Of a stretch of DNA of 64,000 bases, positions 1 through 10,200 are shown piece after piece. Position 1 is the first letter of the stretch. Every line of letters starts with the position of its first letter. The DNA lies in the IMG/VR virus record IMGVR_UViG_3300043449_002450, positions 96,001 to 160,000 of that record. One strand, 5' to 3'. Below the pieces are notes generated by a model that saw only the letters and a list, made by a program, of their open reading frames with translations, searched no databases and was not told the origin of the DNA. The position numbers and the translations under genes are program-made. Source of the stretch: a virus.

Positions 1-294
1 ATGTTGATCGAGGTTGCTGCTAGAGTTTCTACAATAGGACTAGGCTATGTCTTTGAGCAGAATACACCCTCAACTAGAGCAAGATTCGTATCACAGCTCA
101 CACCTGCTCTAACACTCGTGCAGTCACAGAGCGGAATAGATAGCTTCACGATCACGATGAACGAGACAAATAACACACAGACTGACATCGAGCAAAATAA
201 GCTAAATGGTCGCATAACGATTGTTCCAACACGCGCGGTTGAGTTCATCGCAATCGACTTCATAGTGACGAATGCTGGAGTGCAGTTCGCATGA
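1..294 (+). CDS. Contractile tail sheath protein, C-terminal part (begins before the window)
   Basis: FEQNTPSTRARF...NETNNTQTDIEQNKLNGRITIVPTRAVEFIAIDF is a typical sheath C-terminal domain and parallels the C-terminus of the next ORF. Confidence 0.9.
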   Translation: MLIEVAARVSTIGLGYVFEQNTPSTRARFVSQLTPALTLVQSQSGIDSFTITMNETNNTQTDIEQNKLNGRITIVPTRAVEFIAIDFIVTNAGVQFA

Positions 295-296
295 GA

Positions 297-303
297 ATAA
301 TTA
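297..303 (+). promoter_or_regulatory. Putative late promoter ATAnnTA (ATAATTA)
   Basis: Same motif recurs upstream of the tube, tape measure and about 10 other genes. Confidence 0.6.
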
Positions 304-321
304 AATGTGGGAGCAGATGAT

Positions 322-3204
322 ATGAGTAGCCCATTCGTAAGAGTCAATATATTAGACCAGTCACAGCCCATACAATCGCCCGCGTCCGGCATACCGGCGG
401 GCGTTGTTGGAACTGCTGCAGGCGGTCCTGCGTTCGTCCCTGTTACTTTCACAAATTACGCATCTTGGCAAACGCTATTTGGCGAGAGCGGCGACAGATT
501 CGGCCCCATAGCTGTTAGCCAATGGCTTGCAAATGCTTCACAGGCTACATATGTCAGAGTTCTTGGCACCGGTGACGGTAGCAAAAGAAATGCTTCTACA
601 GGCCAGGTAAATAATGCCGGATTCGTTGTCGGTGGTCAAGAAGTTTTAAACACCGGGTTATTAGGCAATAACCCATATGCGAATGTCGGGGGTGTAGAAG
701 GGAGAACGCACTTCTTAGGTTGCTACATGTCAGAGTCAGCAGGATCCACAGTATTCTCTGAGGCTGGAATACAAACTGGACCCGCTGCTGTTTCCATTCT
801 TCGTGGCATTGTCATGACACCCTCGGGCGTTGCTCTAACACTATCCGGTGTTAATATTGCGTCAAACGCGCCCGCATCTCTGTCATCGGCTCCAAATGGT
901 GGCACAACTGGTTCTATTGATGTGGCATCTGGTCAATTTACATTACTGCTTAATGGCCACATCTCAACATCGCGCTATCCCAATATAATCACTGCATCAT
1001 TTGCTGGTGATTCACATATAAAGAACGTCCTTAATCGTGATCCGACGCTAATTCAACAGGCAGGACACTATCTTTACACATTTTATGACGTTCCTAGCTC
1101 ACTAGCAGTCATTACTGGCACCAATGTGTTGAAGACGACAGATGCGTTAGCTAAGATTGATGCCGTGTTTGTTGCTACCAGCTCGATCTCTAGGAACACA
1201 TCTACGACAGTCATACCGAACTATGAGAATTTTAGAGAGAGATATCAGACACCTCATACACCTTACATTGTGTCACAAGACTTCGGAGGATCTAGATATC
1301 CACTCTTTAAGGTCGTCACACTATCTGACGGTGCAGTTCCGAATGTCAACGATTCTTATCGCATAAGAATTGAAAATATTCGTCCATCAAACAATGATGC
1401 CTATGAATATGGCACATTTGACCTGTCAGTTATCAAATATTTCACAACTGGCAGCGAGCTTGTAAAGCAGTTCTCAGGCCTGTCTCTAGATCCTACGTCG
1501 CAAAACTACATCGCGCGCCAGATCGGAGACCAGAACGTCTACTTTGATTTTGATAGAGCATCCAGCTCACAGAAGCTAGTTGTTTCTGGTGACTATCCCA
1601 CAACAACACCGTATGTTAGAGTTGAGCTCTCAAGTGATCTGGTCGCAGGAAACGTTCCAGCTACAGCACTACCATTTGGATTTAGAGGTTATGGTGTGCC
1701 TGTCACATCGGGCAGCATCCTTGCATATCCAAGTGACTCGGGCGCAGTGAACGCAGGACAGCTCGACATAATAAGAAGAGTCGTTGTTCCGCCAGTTCCG
1801 ATGAGAAAGAATATCTCGACTGGCACACCGGCTGTCGCACAAGACACTCTGCCATGGGGAACACAATTCACGCTCCAGAGTCTTACTGACGGCTACAACT
1901 ATTCAGAAGTTTATGATGACTCAGTCGCTAGTTATGCATCTTTCTTCCCGTCATTCAAGCCAGGCGGTGCTAACTTCTTTAACGAGAATAGCACGTCTGC
2001 TGATTCTTTTGCCAATAACCTCTTTACAATAGAAAAGATAAAGGTCGTAACCGGGTCAGACACTTATGCAGATCCTGAGCAGTGGAATAGCGCAACATAT
2101 GTTCGCCAGGGTGGAATCACTGCAGACTCTGCTGCAAAGACACGTGCTTTAACAGCGGGGGACCTGGGTAACACAACTTCAAACACAAACACATATGTTT
2201 GGTTTGATGTCATGATGCAAGGCGGATTTAATGGCACAAACATCTTTGACGCTGAGAAGACAAAGCTGACAAATCTTGCCGCCAAGAGAGAAGTTGACGA
2301 TATCAATCAAGGCGGCGCGACATCAGGACCCACGGTCGTTGCTTACAAGAAGGCTATCGACATAATGGGTAGTAGCGCTGATACAGACATCCAGGTTCTC
2401 GCAACGCCGGGAATAAGGATACCAAGCATCACAAATTACGCAATTTCTGCAGTTGAAAATCGATTTGATGCAATGTATGTCATGGACATTGAAGAGCGCG
2501 ACAATCTCAATAATGTGATAACAGGATCGACGACGCCAGAGGTAACAAGCACGGTTAACGCTTTCACATCTAGAAACCTGAACTCATCGTTTGTTGCTGC
2601 TTACTTCCCAGACATCTTTATGAACCACCCAGACACGGGCATTCCGACCAAAGTGCCACCATCGATAGCTGCTCTAAGTGCCTTTTCATCTAACGACAGG
2701 ATCGGATCATATTGGAATGCACCTGCAGGCTATAACAGAGCAGCGCTCACAAATGTGACAAACTCATCCATAGAGTTTAAGCAGCGGGATCTTGATGTCT
2801 TGTATGACGTTGCAATCAATCCCATCGTATTTTTCCCTGGCAGCGGATTTACGGTGTGGGGCCAGAAGACTCTTCTAAAGGCAGCAAGCTCGCTTGATAG
2901 GATTAACGTAAGGCGTCTCCTCATATTCCTAAGACGTCAGGTCCGCGCGGTCGCAAACAGCCTTCTATTTGAGCCTAACACACAGGCAACACTTGACAGG
3001 TTTAACGCGCTTGTTAACCCAATCCTACAGCGTGTCCAGGCAGGCGGAGGTGTGGATAGATACAGAGTCCAGATCGATACGTCTACAACAACACAGGCTG
3101 ACATTGAGAATAATACGATCCGCGGCAAGATCTTCGTACAACCCACAAGAACAGCAGAGTTTATCACCATTGACTTCGTCGTCAATGGTCGTAGCACAAG
3201 TTAA
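322..3204 (+). CDS. Second contractile tail sheath protein
   Basis: GPAFVP near the N-terminus, WNAPAG, INPI, VWGQKTL, LDRINVRRLL, FEPN, PTRTAEFI motifs; ATG 322 follows GGGAG. Confidence 0.92.
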   Translation: MSSPFVRVNILDQSQPIQSPASGIPAGVVGTAAGGPAFVPVTFTNYASWQTLFGESGDRFGPIAVSQWLANASQATYVRVLGTGDGSKRNASTGQVNNAGFVVGGQEVLNTGLLGNNPYANVGGVEGRTHFLGCYMSESAGSTVFSEAGIQTGPAAVSILRGIVMTPSGVALTLSGVNIASNAPASLSSAPNGGTTGSIDVASGQFTLLLNGHISTSRYPNIITASFAGDSHIKNVLNRDPTLIQQAGHYLYTFYDVPSSLAVITGTNVLKTTDALAKIDAVFVATSSISRNTSTTVIPNYENFRERYQTPHTPYIVSQDFGGSRYPLFKVVTLSDGAVPNVNDSYRIRIENIRPSNNDAYEYGTFDLSVIKYFTTGSELVKQFSGLSLDPTSQNYIARQIGDQNVYFDFDRASSSQKLVVSGDYPTTTPYVRVELSSDLVAGNVPATALPFGFRGYGVPVTSGSILAYPSDSGAVNAGQLDIIRRVVVPPVPMRKNISTGTPAVAQDTLPWGTQFTLQSLTDGYNYSEVYDDSVASYASFFPSFKPGGANFFNENSTSADSFANNLFTIEKIKVVTGSDTYADPEQWNSATYVRQGGITADSAAKTRALTAGDLGNTTSNTNTYVWFDVMMQGGFNGTNIFDAEKTKLTNLAAKREVDDINQGGATSGPTVVAYKKAIDIMGSSADTDIQVLATPGIRIPSITNYAISAVENRFDAMYVMDIEERDNLNNVITGSTTPEVTSTVNAFTSRNLNSSFVAAYFPDIFMNHPDTGIPTKVPPSIAALSAFSSNDRIGSYWNAPAGYNRAALTNVTNSSIEFKQRDLDVLYDVAINPIVFFPGSGFTVWGQKTLLKAASSLDRINVRRLLIFLRRQVRAVANSLLFEPNTQATLDRFNALVNPILQRVQAGGGVDRYRVQIDTSTTTQADIENNTIRGKIFVQPTRTAEFITIDFVVNGRSTS

Positions 3205-3207
3205 TAG

Positions 3208-3214
3208 ATAAGTA
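3208..3214 (+). promoter_or_regulatory. Putative late promoter (ATAAGTA)
   Basis: Intergenic, upstream of AGGAG RBS and the tube gene. Confidence 0.6.
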
Positions 3215-3232
3215 AGAATATAGGAGCGACAT

Positions 3233-3730
3233 ATGGCGACCGCAGCAGAAACATTATCCGTCACGGATATGCTTCCTAACAAGTTTGAGCCCAAGAGGAA
3301 GCATCGATGGATATTTTCCATCGAGGGCATTGACGCGTTCCTGATCAAGTCGACATCGCGTCCAACATTCACCATGACTGACAAACCAATCCAGTGGATG
3401 AACGTGACACGTTACATCTCTGGAAAGATGACATTTGGCACAATCAACGTCAACCTCCATGATCCAATCGCACCATCAGGCGCACAGCAGGTCATGGAGT
3501 GGATCCGCACTCATCACGAGTCGGTATCTGGAAGAAGCGGTTACGCCGACTTCTACAAGCGTGACTGCCAGCTAAAGATGGTCGATGGAATTGGAACTGT
3601 CGTAGAGCTCTGGGATCTGAAGGGATGCTTCCTCACCAACGCGAACTTTAACGGCGTTGATTACGGTGCTGACGACCCGATCGACATCGCGCTCACGATC
3701 AGGTTTGACAACTGCGTCCTGCAATACTGA
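3233..3730 (+). CDS. Tail tube protein (T4 gp19-like)
   Basis: 165 aa right after the sheath; FEPKRKHRW, YKRDCQLKM..G.VVELWDLKGCF, IALTIRFD. Confidence 0.88.
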   Translation: MATAAETLSVTDMLPNKFEPKRKHRWIFSIEGIDAFLIKSTSRPTFTMTDKPIQWMNVTRYISGKMTFGTINVNLHDPIAPSGAQQVMEWIRTHHESVSGRSGYADFYKRDCQLKMVDGIGTVVELWDLKGCFLTNANFNGVDYGADDPIDIALTIRFDNCVLQY

Positions 3731-3746
3731 TTATTCATCATTTGTT

Positions 3747-3778
3747 AGAACAGGCCTTTTAGGGCCTGTTCTTGTTTA
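3747..3778 (+). terminator. Intrinsic terminator
   Basis: AGAACAGGCC-TTTTAG-GGCCTGTTCT, 10-bp stem followed by TGTTT. Confidence 0.75.
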
Positions 3779-3809
3779 CACATGATCTTTTGCTGCAATA
3801 ATACTGATT

Positions 3810-4637
3810 ATGCCTAAAAGAGACTCAACAGATCTAGTTAGTCAAATTCCACGCAGCTCGCCTGTCCAGGACGTATTTGGGTGGACAATTCCAATTGAGC
3901 AGATTCCACTCCCGTCGAATGGTCTTCTGTATCCACCACAATCAGTTTTGCACAACAGGGAGACAGTGCAGATCAAGGCGATGACTGCGCAGGAGGAAGA
4001 CATCCTCATGAGTCGCGCGCTGCTGAAGGAAGGAACTGTTCTGACGCACTTGATCAAAAGCAGCTTGATTGACAAGACAATAGACCCAGCAGATCTTTTG
4101 GCAGGTGACAGAAATGCCATCTTGATTGCCATTAGGATCACTGGCTACGGCAGTGACTATTCGGCGCCCATGGCATGTCCTGCTTGCGCTAGGCAAGACA
4201 TCCAGAACTTTGATCTATCGAACTTGGGCATCAAGCGTCTAGAAGTGCAACCTGTAGCGCCTGGCGCAAATGAATTCGAATTCATTCTACCTGTCTCAAA
4301 GAAGCGCGTGACCTATAAGCATCTCACTGTCAGAGATGAGGAAGATGCGGTCAAGACAGCAGAAAGGATGCGCAAGCTATTTCCAGATGCTAAGGTCGAA
4401 AATGACGTAACACGTCAATTAGAACTTCAGGTCGTGTCAATCGATGGTAATAGAGATAGAGCACCCATCAGCGCCTTTATCAAGGCTATGCCAGCGCGTG
4501 ATTCAAGAGAGCTTAGGGCACACATCTCTAAGACAGAGCCTGGAATTGACACACGTGTTGATGTTAAGTGCAAGTCTTGCGGCGTGGAGTCGAAGGTTGG
4601 TTTGCCAATCGGTGTCGGATTTTTTTGGCCTGAGTGA
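3810..4637 (+). CDS. Tail/baseplate hub assembly chaperone (T4 gp26-like)
   Basis: LPSNG, MTAQEEDIL, GDRNAILIAIRITGYG, two CxxC pairs, ends FFWPE; lies between tube and tape measure. Confidence 0.75.
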   Translation: MPKRDSTDLVSQIPRSSPVQDVFGWTIPIEQIPLPSNGLLYPPQSVLHNRETVQIKAMTAQEEDILMSRALLKEGTVLTHLIKSSLIDKTIDPADLLAGDRNAILIAIRITGYGSDYSAPMACPACARQDIQNFDLSNLGIKRLEVQPVAPGANEFEFILPVSKKRVTYKHLTVRDEEDAVKTAERMRKLFPDAKVENDVTRQLELQVVSIDGNRDRAPISAFIKAMPARDSRELRAHISKTEPGIDTRVDVKCKSCGVESKVGLPIGVGFFWPE

Positions 4638-4830
4638 AGCCTATCGTGAGATCCAGCTAGAGGAATTCTTCATACTCATGAAGATGTGCAACTTCTCATA
4701 TGAGAATTTAAGGAATCTTCCCGTGCCTTATCGGACATGGTTCATAAAGCGCCTCCTGCGAGAGAGAAATGAGCTACCGAAGGATCAATATGGAGTTGAT
4801 ACGGATACGCCAATATTCGCCGGTAGATAA
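4621..4830 (+). CDS. Chaperone extension (gp51-like), probably reached by a +1 frameshift at T7
   Basis: Open +1 frame FFGLSEAYREIQLEEFFILMKMCNFSYENLRNLPVPYRTWFIKRL starting in the T run at 4620-4626; alternative ATG at 4678. Confidence 0.6.
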   Translation, partial: FFGLSEAYREIQLEEFFILMKMCNFSYENLRNLPVPYRTWFIKRLLRERNELPKDQYGVDTDTPIFAGR

Positions 4831-4833
4831 ATA
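4827..4833 (+). promoter_or_regulatory. Putative late promoter (ATAAATA), leaderless start
   Basis: 5 nt before ATG 4839, no SD. Confidence 0.6.
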
Positions 4834-4838
4834 GTATC

Positions 4839-7061
4839 ATGCCAGCACCTCCGCCACCTCCTGGAAGCCCACCATCGTCGACACCTAGCCAAGTTGCTAG
4901 TCAGGTGGCCTCTAATATCCAGCAAGATGTTAAGAATGTTCTAGATTTTGCTAAAGCAGTCGAGCAAGCTGCGCTCTCAATCAAGGGAGTGTCAGATCTG
5001 CTAGGTGACACTCTCTCTGCAACGTCAGAGAAGAGTGTCTTCTTTACCATGCAGAAGTCGATTGATCTTGTCCAAAAGCGGATTCAAGAGCAAGAGAAAG
5101 CCGATCGACAGTCTGTTCTTGCATCATCGATGCTTGAGCGTATCACAGGTATGAACGCGATAGCAAGAGCTGAGACTATCAAGGAGCTCGGCCCAGACTC
5201 ACTATTGTCGCGCGTATCTGATGGCATGTTTAAGACTGTCAACGACTACGGCAAGTCAATGATCACGTTTCTTGATGGAACGACTGTTAAGGCGGCAGCC
5301 GCATTCGGTGACATCAACGAGCTCTTTGAGAACTTCAATAACGCGATCCTCGATGACACTAGGCTGACTGTTGCAGCACAGCGAAACATAAATTACGATC
5401 TTGTTGAAAGCACTAAGCTTGCGACCAAGCAGCTAGGATTATCACAAGCCGATCTCAACGAGATCTTCCAGAAAGAACTATCAGAGCAGGGTGAGATTAC
5501 AGGTAAGGCGCTAAAGGACTTTGAGAAAACTGCATTAACAGCAGCACAAAGCACAGGAATGAGCGTTACTCTGATCACCAAAGACATGGCGAAGATGACA
5601 AGCGACTTTGCTCACTTCGGCATGATGACCAACGAGCAAATGGCATCACTATCAGTCAACATCCACCAGTTGGGGATGGACATCAGTGATGTGACACGCC
5701 TGTCAGATAATTTTTCATCGTTTGACAAGGCTGCTGCAACCATGAGCAACCTTGCTGCCTCGACTGGAGCAACACTTGACACATTAGAGCTGTTTAAGCT
5801 CGCTAACACTGACCAAGAAGAGTTCATCAGGTCTCTACGACAGCAGCTTGAGGACCAGGGTGTCGAGTTTGAGAGCATGAACTTTTTGCAACAAAAGCAA
5901 ATAGCATCAGCTTTTGGCCTTGACCCTAGGGTCATGCAGCGCCTGTTAAGTGACAACTTTGAGATGGTCGACAATATGACGACCCAATTTCAAGCTGCTA
6001 AGGATGAGACAAGCGATGAAACATTAAGAGCAACGCTTGTGGGCCTAGGCTCGCTTCGAGATGAAGTCTCTAAGCTTGACGTCGCAACTCTTGCACACCG
6101 CGTTGCAAGCTTGCAAGGTGCATCAGCTCAAGTCGCGCAGGATCTTGAGAAAACTTACAGAAGTGTTCTACAGCTCACCGACGTGGGAGTCGCGAAGCTC
6201 GGCGGCGGCCTTGACGACATGGTCAAGAAAGCTGAGCATGCGAGAAAAATGCTGGTAGATTTCTCCGAGAATGTTGTAACTCAAAATTTGCAAGCAACCC
6301 CAGCACTTGCAGCAACTTATGACAAGGTTGGTCATCAAATTGCCGAAAGCATGGCAAGGGGTCTTGAAAATTCTAAGCCTGTAATACGAGAGATAGCATT
6401 TGGTGTGGGCAAGGAGCTTGTTGCAGGCTTAAAGGCAGGCTCTAGTGATCTTACGCCTAGATCACCATCGGTATTTGGAACTGAGATTATCAAGGGAATT
6501 GAGCTAGCATTTAAGAAATTTGATGATGAAAAAGTTGCAGCAAATTTCGGCGGTAAGATGTCAGATGATCTCAAAAAGACGCTAGCGAGCAAGCGTCAAG
6601 AGATTACATCAACGCTGCAAGGCATTGGTGCAGAGATTGAGGCGGAGTCTTCTGTCGCTGCCATGACTAAGAGCGGTGCCGATGTAAACGCTCTAATCGC
6701 AGGTCGCTACAAGGACATCCTCACAGCAGAGCAGGTCGCGAAGCTTAGATCAGGCGGTGCAGAGGCTGTAGCATCAGAGATGTATGAGAAACAGATCAAG
6801 GGACTCGCAGCGCCTGCTGCACCTGCTGCTGGAGCTGCTGCAGCGACAGGAACAGCCGCTACACCTGGTGCACCAACAAAGATCGAGCTCACGCCACAGG
6901 ATATCAAGATACACGTGACACTATCAGGTGGTGATGCTCTCACACAGTTGCTTGCTGACGCGATAATCGGTGCTGCCACCAGCGCCGATGGCATAAAGCT
7001 CACATCCTCAGGTGATAACATCAAGCTAGCAACAGTAGGAAAGACAGATGCAACAAGCTGA
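4839..7061 (+). CDS. Tape measure protein
   Basis: 740 aa, helical and Ala/Leu/Gln-rich, in the expected position after the chaperone. Confidence 0.75.
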   Translation: MPAPPPPPGSPPSSTPSQVASQVASNIQQDVKNVLDFAKAVEQAALSIKGVSDLLGDTLSATSEKSVFFTMQKSIDLVQKRIQEQEKADRQSVLASSMLERITGMNAIARAETIKELGPDSLLSRVSDGMFKTVNDYGKSMITFLDGTTVKAAAAFGDINELFENFNNAILDDTRLTVAAQRNINYDLVESTKLATKQLGLSQADLNEIFQKELSEQGEITGKALKDFEKTALTAAQSTGMSVTLITKDMAKMTSDFAHFGMMTNEQMASLSVNIHQLGMDISDVTRLSDNFSSFDKAAATMSNLAASTGATLDTLELFKLANTDQEEFIRSLRQQLEDQGVEFESMNFLQQKQIASAFGLDPRVMQRLLSDNFEMVDNMTTQFQAAKDETSDETLRATLVGLGSLRDEVSKLDVATLAHRVASLQGASAQVAQDLEKTYRSVLQLTDVGVAKLGGGLDDMVKKAEHARKMLVDFSENVVTQNLQATPALAATYDKVGHQIAESMARGLENSKPVIREIAFGVGKELVAGLKAGSSDLTPRSPSVFGTEIIKGIELAFKKFDDEKVAANFGGKMSDDLKKTLASKRQEITSTLQGIGAEIEAESSVAAMTKSGADVNALIAGRYKDILTAEQVAKLRSGGAEAVASEMYEKQIKGLAAPAAPAAGAAAATGTAATPGAPTKIELTPQDIKIHVTLSGGDALTQLLADAIIGAATSADGIKLTSSGDNIKLATVGKTDATS

Positions 7062-7236
7062 TGATAATTTTGCGGATGAGCTCGTCGAGCTAGTGAACAG
7101 CACAATCACGAGCATCAAGTCAGTCTACATGGACCAGCAATTTCTTAGCAAGGTCGACCAGCTCTTGGCGGAGATACCTATTAACGTAGGCGATGCCACA
7201 CAGGACGAGGATGTCAACACGTCAGACACTACGTGA
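7048..7236 (+). CDS. Small hypothetical protein
   Basis: AGGA upstream; overlaps both neighbours and fills the gap. Confidence 0.5.
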   Translation: MQQADDNFADELVELVNSTITSIKSVYMDQQFLSKVDQLLAEIPINVGDATQDEDVNTSDTT

Positions 7237-10200
7237 TTTTTTAAGCAGCGTGGGCTCCACAAAGAGCTCGATATCCATCGTAGTCGAAGGTGACCCAGCA
7301 ACAGGAATAGTCGCCGAAGGGAACGATCTGGGCGTTGAGCCCCAGACAGCAAAAGAGCTCCTAGACTTTAGCACAGGAGATTCTTTGCTGGGTGACTACA
7401 CGTCTTTTGTCACTCGTCGAAACATGTATCCCATCATGCCAGGAACGAGAGCAGCACCCGAGGCGAGGCGCGGGAGCGCGCTCGAGCCACCCGAGGAAGT
7501 GTCTGCTGCAAGAGTATTCGCTGCATCTAACACAGATGAGATCGATAGATCTAGCAGCGGGATGTTCGATGCGGCAGGTGTGCCGCTCAGAACGATCGTA
7601 GATAAGGTTGGCAATGGGTCCGCAAGAGATGGCAACTATCTGTTGCCTGAGGTTGTCTCTGCGCCCGCCAACTCCGATGCTGCTGCAGGTCAGAGCAATG
7701 CAGTTGTTGGTGCGTTCGCCATGCTCAAAAAATACAACAACATGGGCCCAACATCTGACACTCAGACATACACAGATGGCTATAGCTCTGTTGAAAGATT
7801 TGGTAGACAGTCCCAGATTAGAATTCAAACAGGCGAAGGCGTTTATGAGCCACAAACTGTTGAGTTAAGTGCCGACATAGGCCAGTCTGACTTAGTTGAG
7901 ATAGCTAGAAGCATGATGATTCGTGCCGCGGGATGGGATCGAACAATTTCTCCTGGTGATGCTGGCAATCCCGAGGGCGTCTTCAATGCCGCTAGTCTAG
8001 AACGACTTGATAGCTTTCCAGGTATTTCTGGACGTCAATCTGGACCAGACCCATACCGTGCAAGAGACGCATATGGAATGCCTGCCTCGGCCACGGGAGA
8101 TAGCATACTCGAAGGTCAAGGTGACATACTACCAAGAACGACAGAAGATGCAAAATACACATCTTCTAACGGCTCTTCTGACACACCCTACAGCCCCTAC
8201 CTTGACGATCCTTCAACCGCAATCGGAAATAGAATTCAAGCACTGCAATCAGGCATTGCTATAATGGGCCTAGCGTGCCTGCTCGATAGATCATTTATTG
8301 CCATAGACCGATATGTCAGCGAGCTCCAGATAAAGTCTGATTCATCTGATCCTGAACACAATGACAATGTGCTTCGTGGTCCTTATTTTATGGGCACAAG
8401 CTTGAAATCTAATGTTTCATCACGAGTTCGTGCATACACGCGCGTTTTCACAACTACAACAGGAATTTACAGCTACCGCGCTTGTGTCGCTGAAGCACTA
8501 TATGGCTTGTTTGGTATTAATTTTGTAGATCTTGGACGCACAGAGGGTTTTGACATCAACACGACGGTAATAGCAAGAGCTTATAAGGAAGAAATTACTA
8601 AGATCGCTAACAACACGGAGAACGGAGCAAACTTTTATCAGTCACCCATGGGCATGTCGCACGGATTCTGGAAGTCGGTCTCTCAGAGCGCAATAAGAAC
8701 GATTAAGAATCTACAGAATGCTGCTGTCGAGGGCAATGCATCAGACTTTGTCTCAGCGATCACCGGTCTCTCAAATTCGCTTGCAATCAAGATCTTGAAT
8801 GTCTTTGCGCAGATCGGTTATCAGCGTCTTGTCATACAGTCTATACCTACATCTGAAATTGCAGAAGGCGGCCAGGTCAAGAATCCATGGGGCATAGATG
8901 ATTATCCAAATGCACCAGGCACGCGGCAGATGAAATCACGTGATGGAGTCCTTAGCAAGACTTCACTGGCATGGAGAAATAGTGCGTTACCCAGCATGTT
9001 CTTGCTGCCCGTCGAGGCAATGTCGGCGACGCTAGATCTCGATTTTCTCACTGACAAGGAAGCGGGCTCAAATCCCATAAAGGGAATGTTGGGATCCACA
9101 CTTTTTGATAAAGTCTACGTCAATGCAACAAGAAACAGCTCGATGATACCTGCAGCTGTTGCTAAACGCCTAGAGGATCGCCTTGGAGCCGAATATCTGC
9201 CCTTCTACTTCCGTGACTTGCGCACTAACGAGATCATAGCATTTCACGGCTTTCTAGAGCAAATCAGCGACGGTTTTACGCCTAGCAACACGACGACAAC
9301 AGGATTTGGGCGATCTGACGGTGTTAGAAATTACAGCAGCACAAAGCGAGCAATCGGTGGAACATTTTGGATTGTTGCAACATCGAAGGAGGACTTCGAT
9401 GAGATGTGGTTTAAGATAAACAAGCTGACGACCATGGTCTACCCACAATATACAAAAGGGCGCCTTGTAAGAGCAAAAAACAACACTTTGGGCGCTGGGC
9501 TTATTAGTCCTGCAGATGTTGATTTTGAACAACCTTTTAGCCAGCTCGCAGGCGGAACACCTATCATTAGAATGCGTGTTGGTGATCTCATAAAGAGCAA
9601 TTATAGCAGATATAACTTCTCAAGACTTTTTGGCGTGGGAAATGATACTTTCAAGGGAGTAGATGAAAAGGGCCTTGGAGCTGCTGTGATAAGCGCCGTT
9701 GCGGGCGGACTCGGTGGATTAAGAAGCAGTAGCCTAGGTGGTTTTAATTTTGACGCGAGGCTCGTGCCATTTTTGGTTTATGCTGCATCTCCCATGGAGG
9801 CTGGTCGACTTACGGGCCTCATCGGCAATGCCACGGGACAGGCAGCAGCTGACTTCGCCGCTGAAGCTGCAGGAGATGCTATTGCTTACTTGCTTAAGAA
9901 TGGCTTTGTCAATCCCCTGATATACGGCGACAGAAAAAAGATGTTTGCGGGTGAAAGAGAGGAAACCGATGGGCTAATCAGCGCGCTATACGGCGCAGGA
10001 ACTGTTTTGCTGAAATCTAGGGGCACACCTTACATTGTCAATAAAGATAATAGCACAGTCAACATGCGCTTGCACAGGCCTGTTCTTGTTAAGGTGGGTT
10101 CAAAAGTTAAAAATAGCAGCGGACCTTCTTTTAATGTCACGATCGTAGATGAGTCTGCTGGTAATCTAAACGGCGCCAAATTGATAGTGTCTGATGCTGA

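Noticed and set aside
4444-4620. N-terminal part of the 128-aa ORF in the track
   Set aside because: Overlaps the conserved chaperone frame; only the part after the T7 run looks coding.
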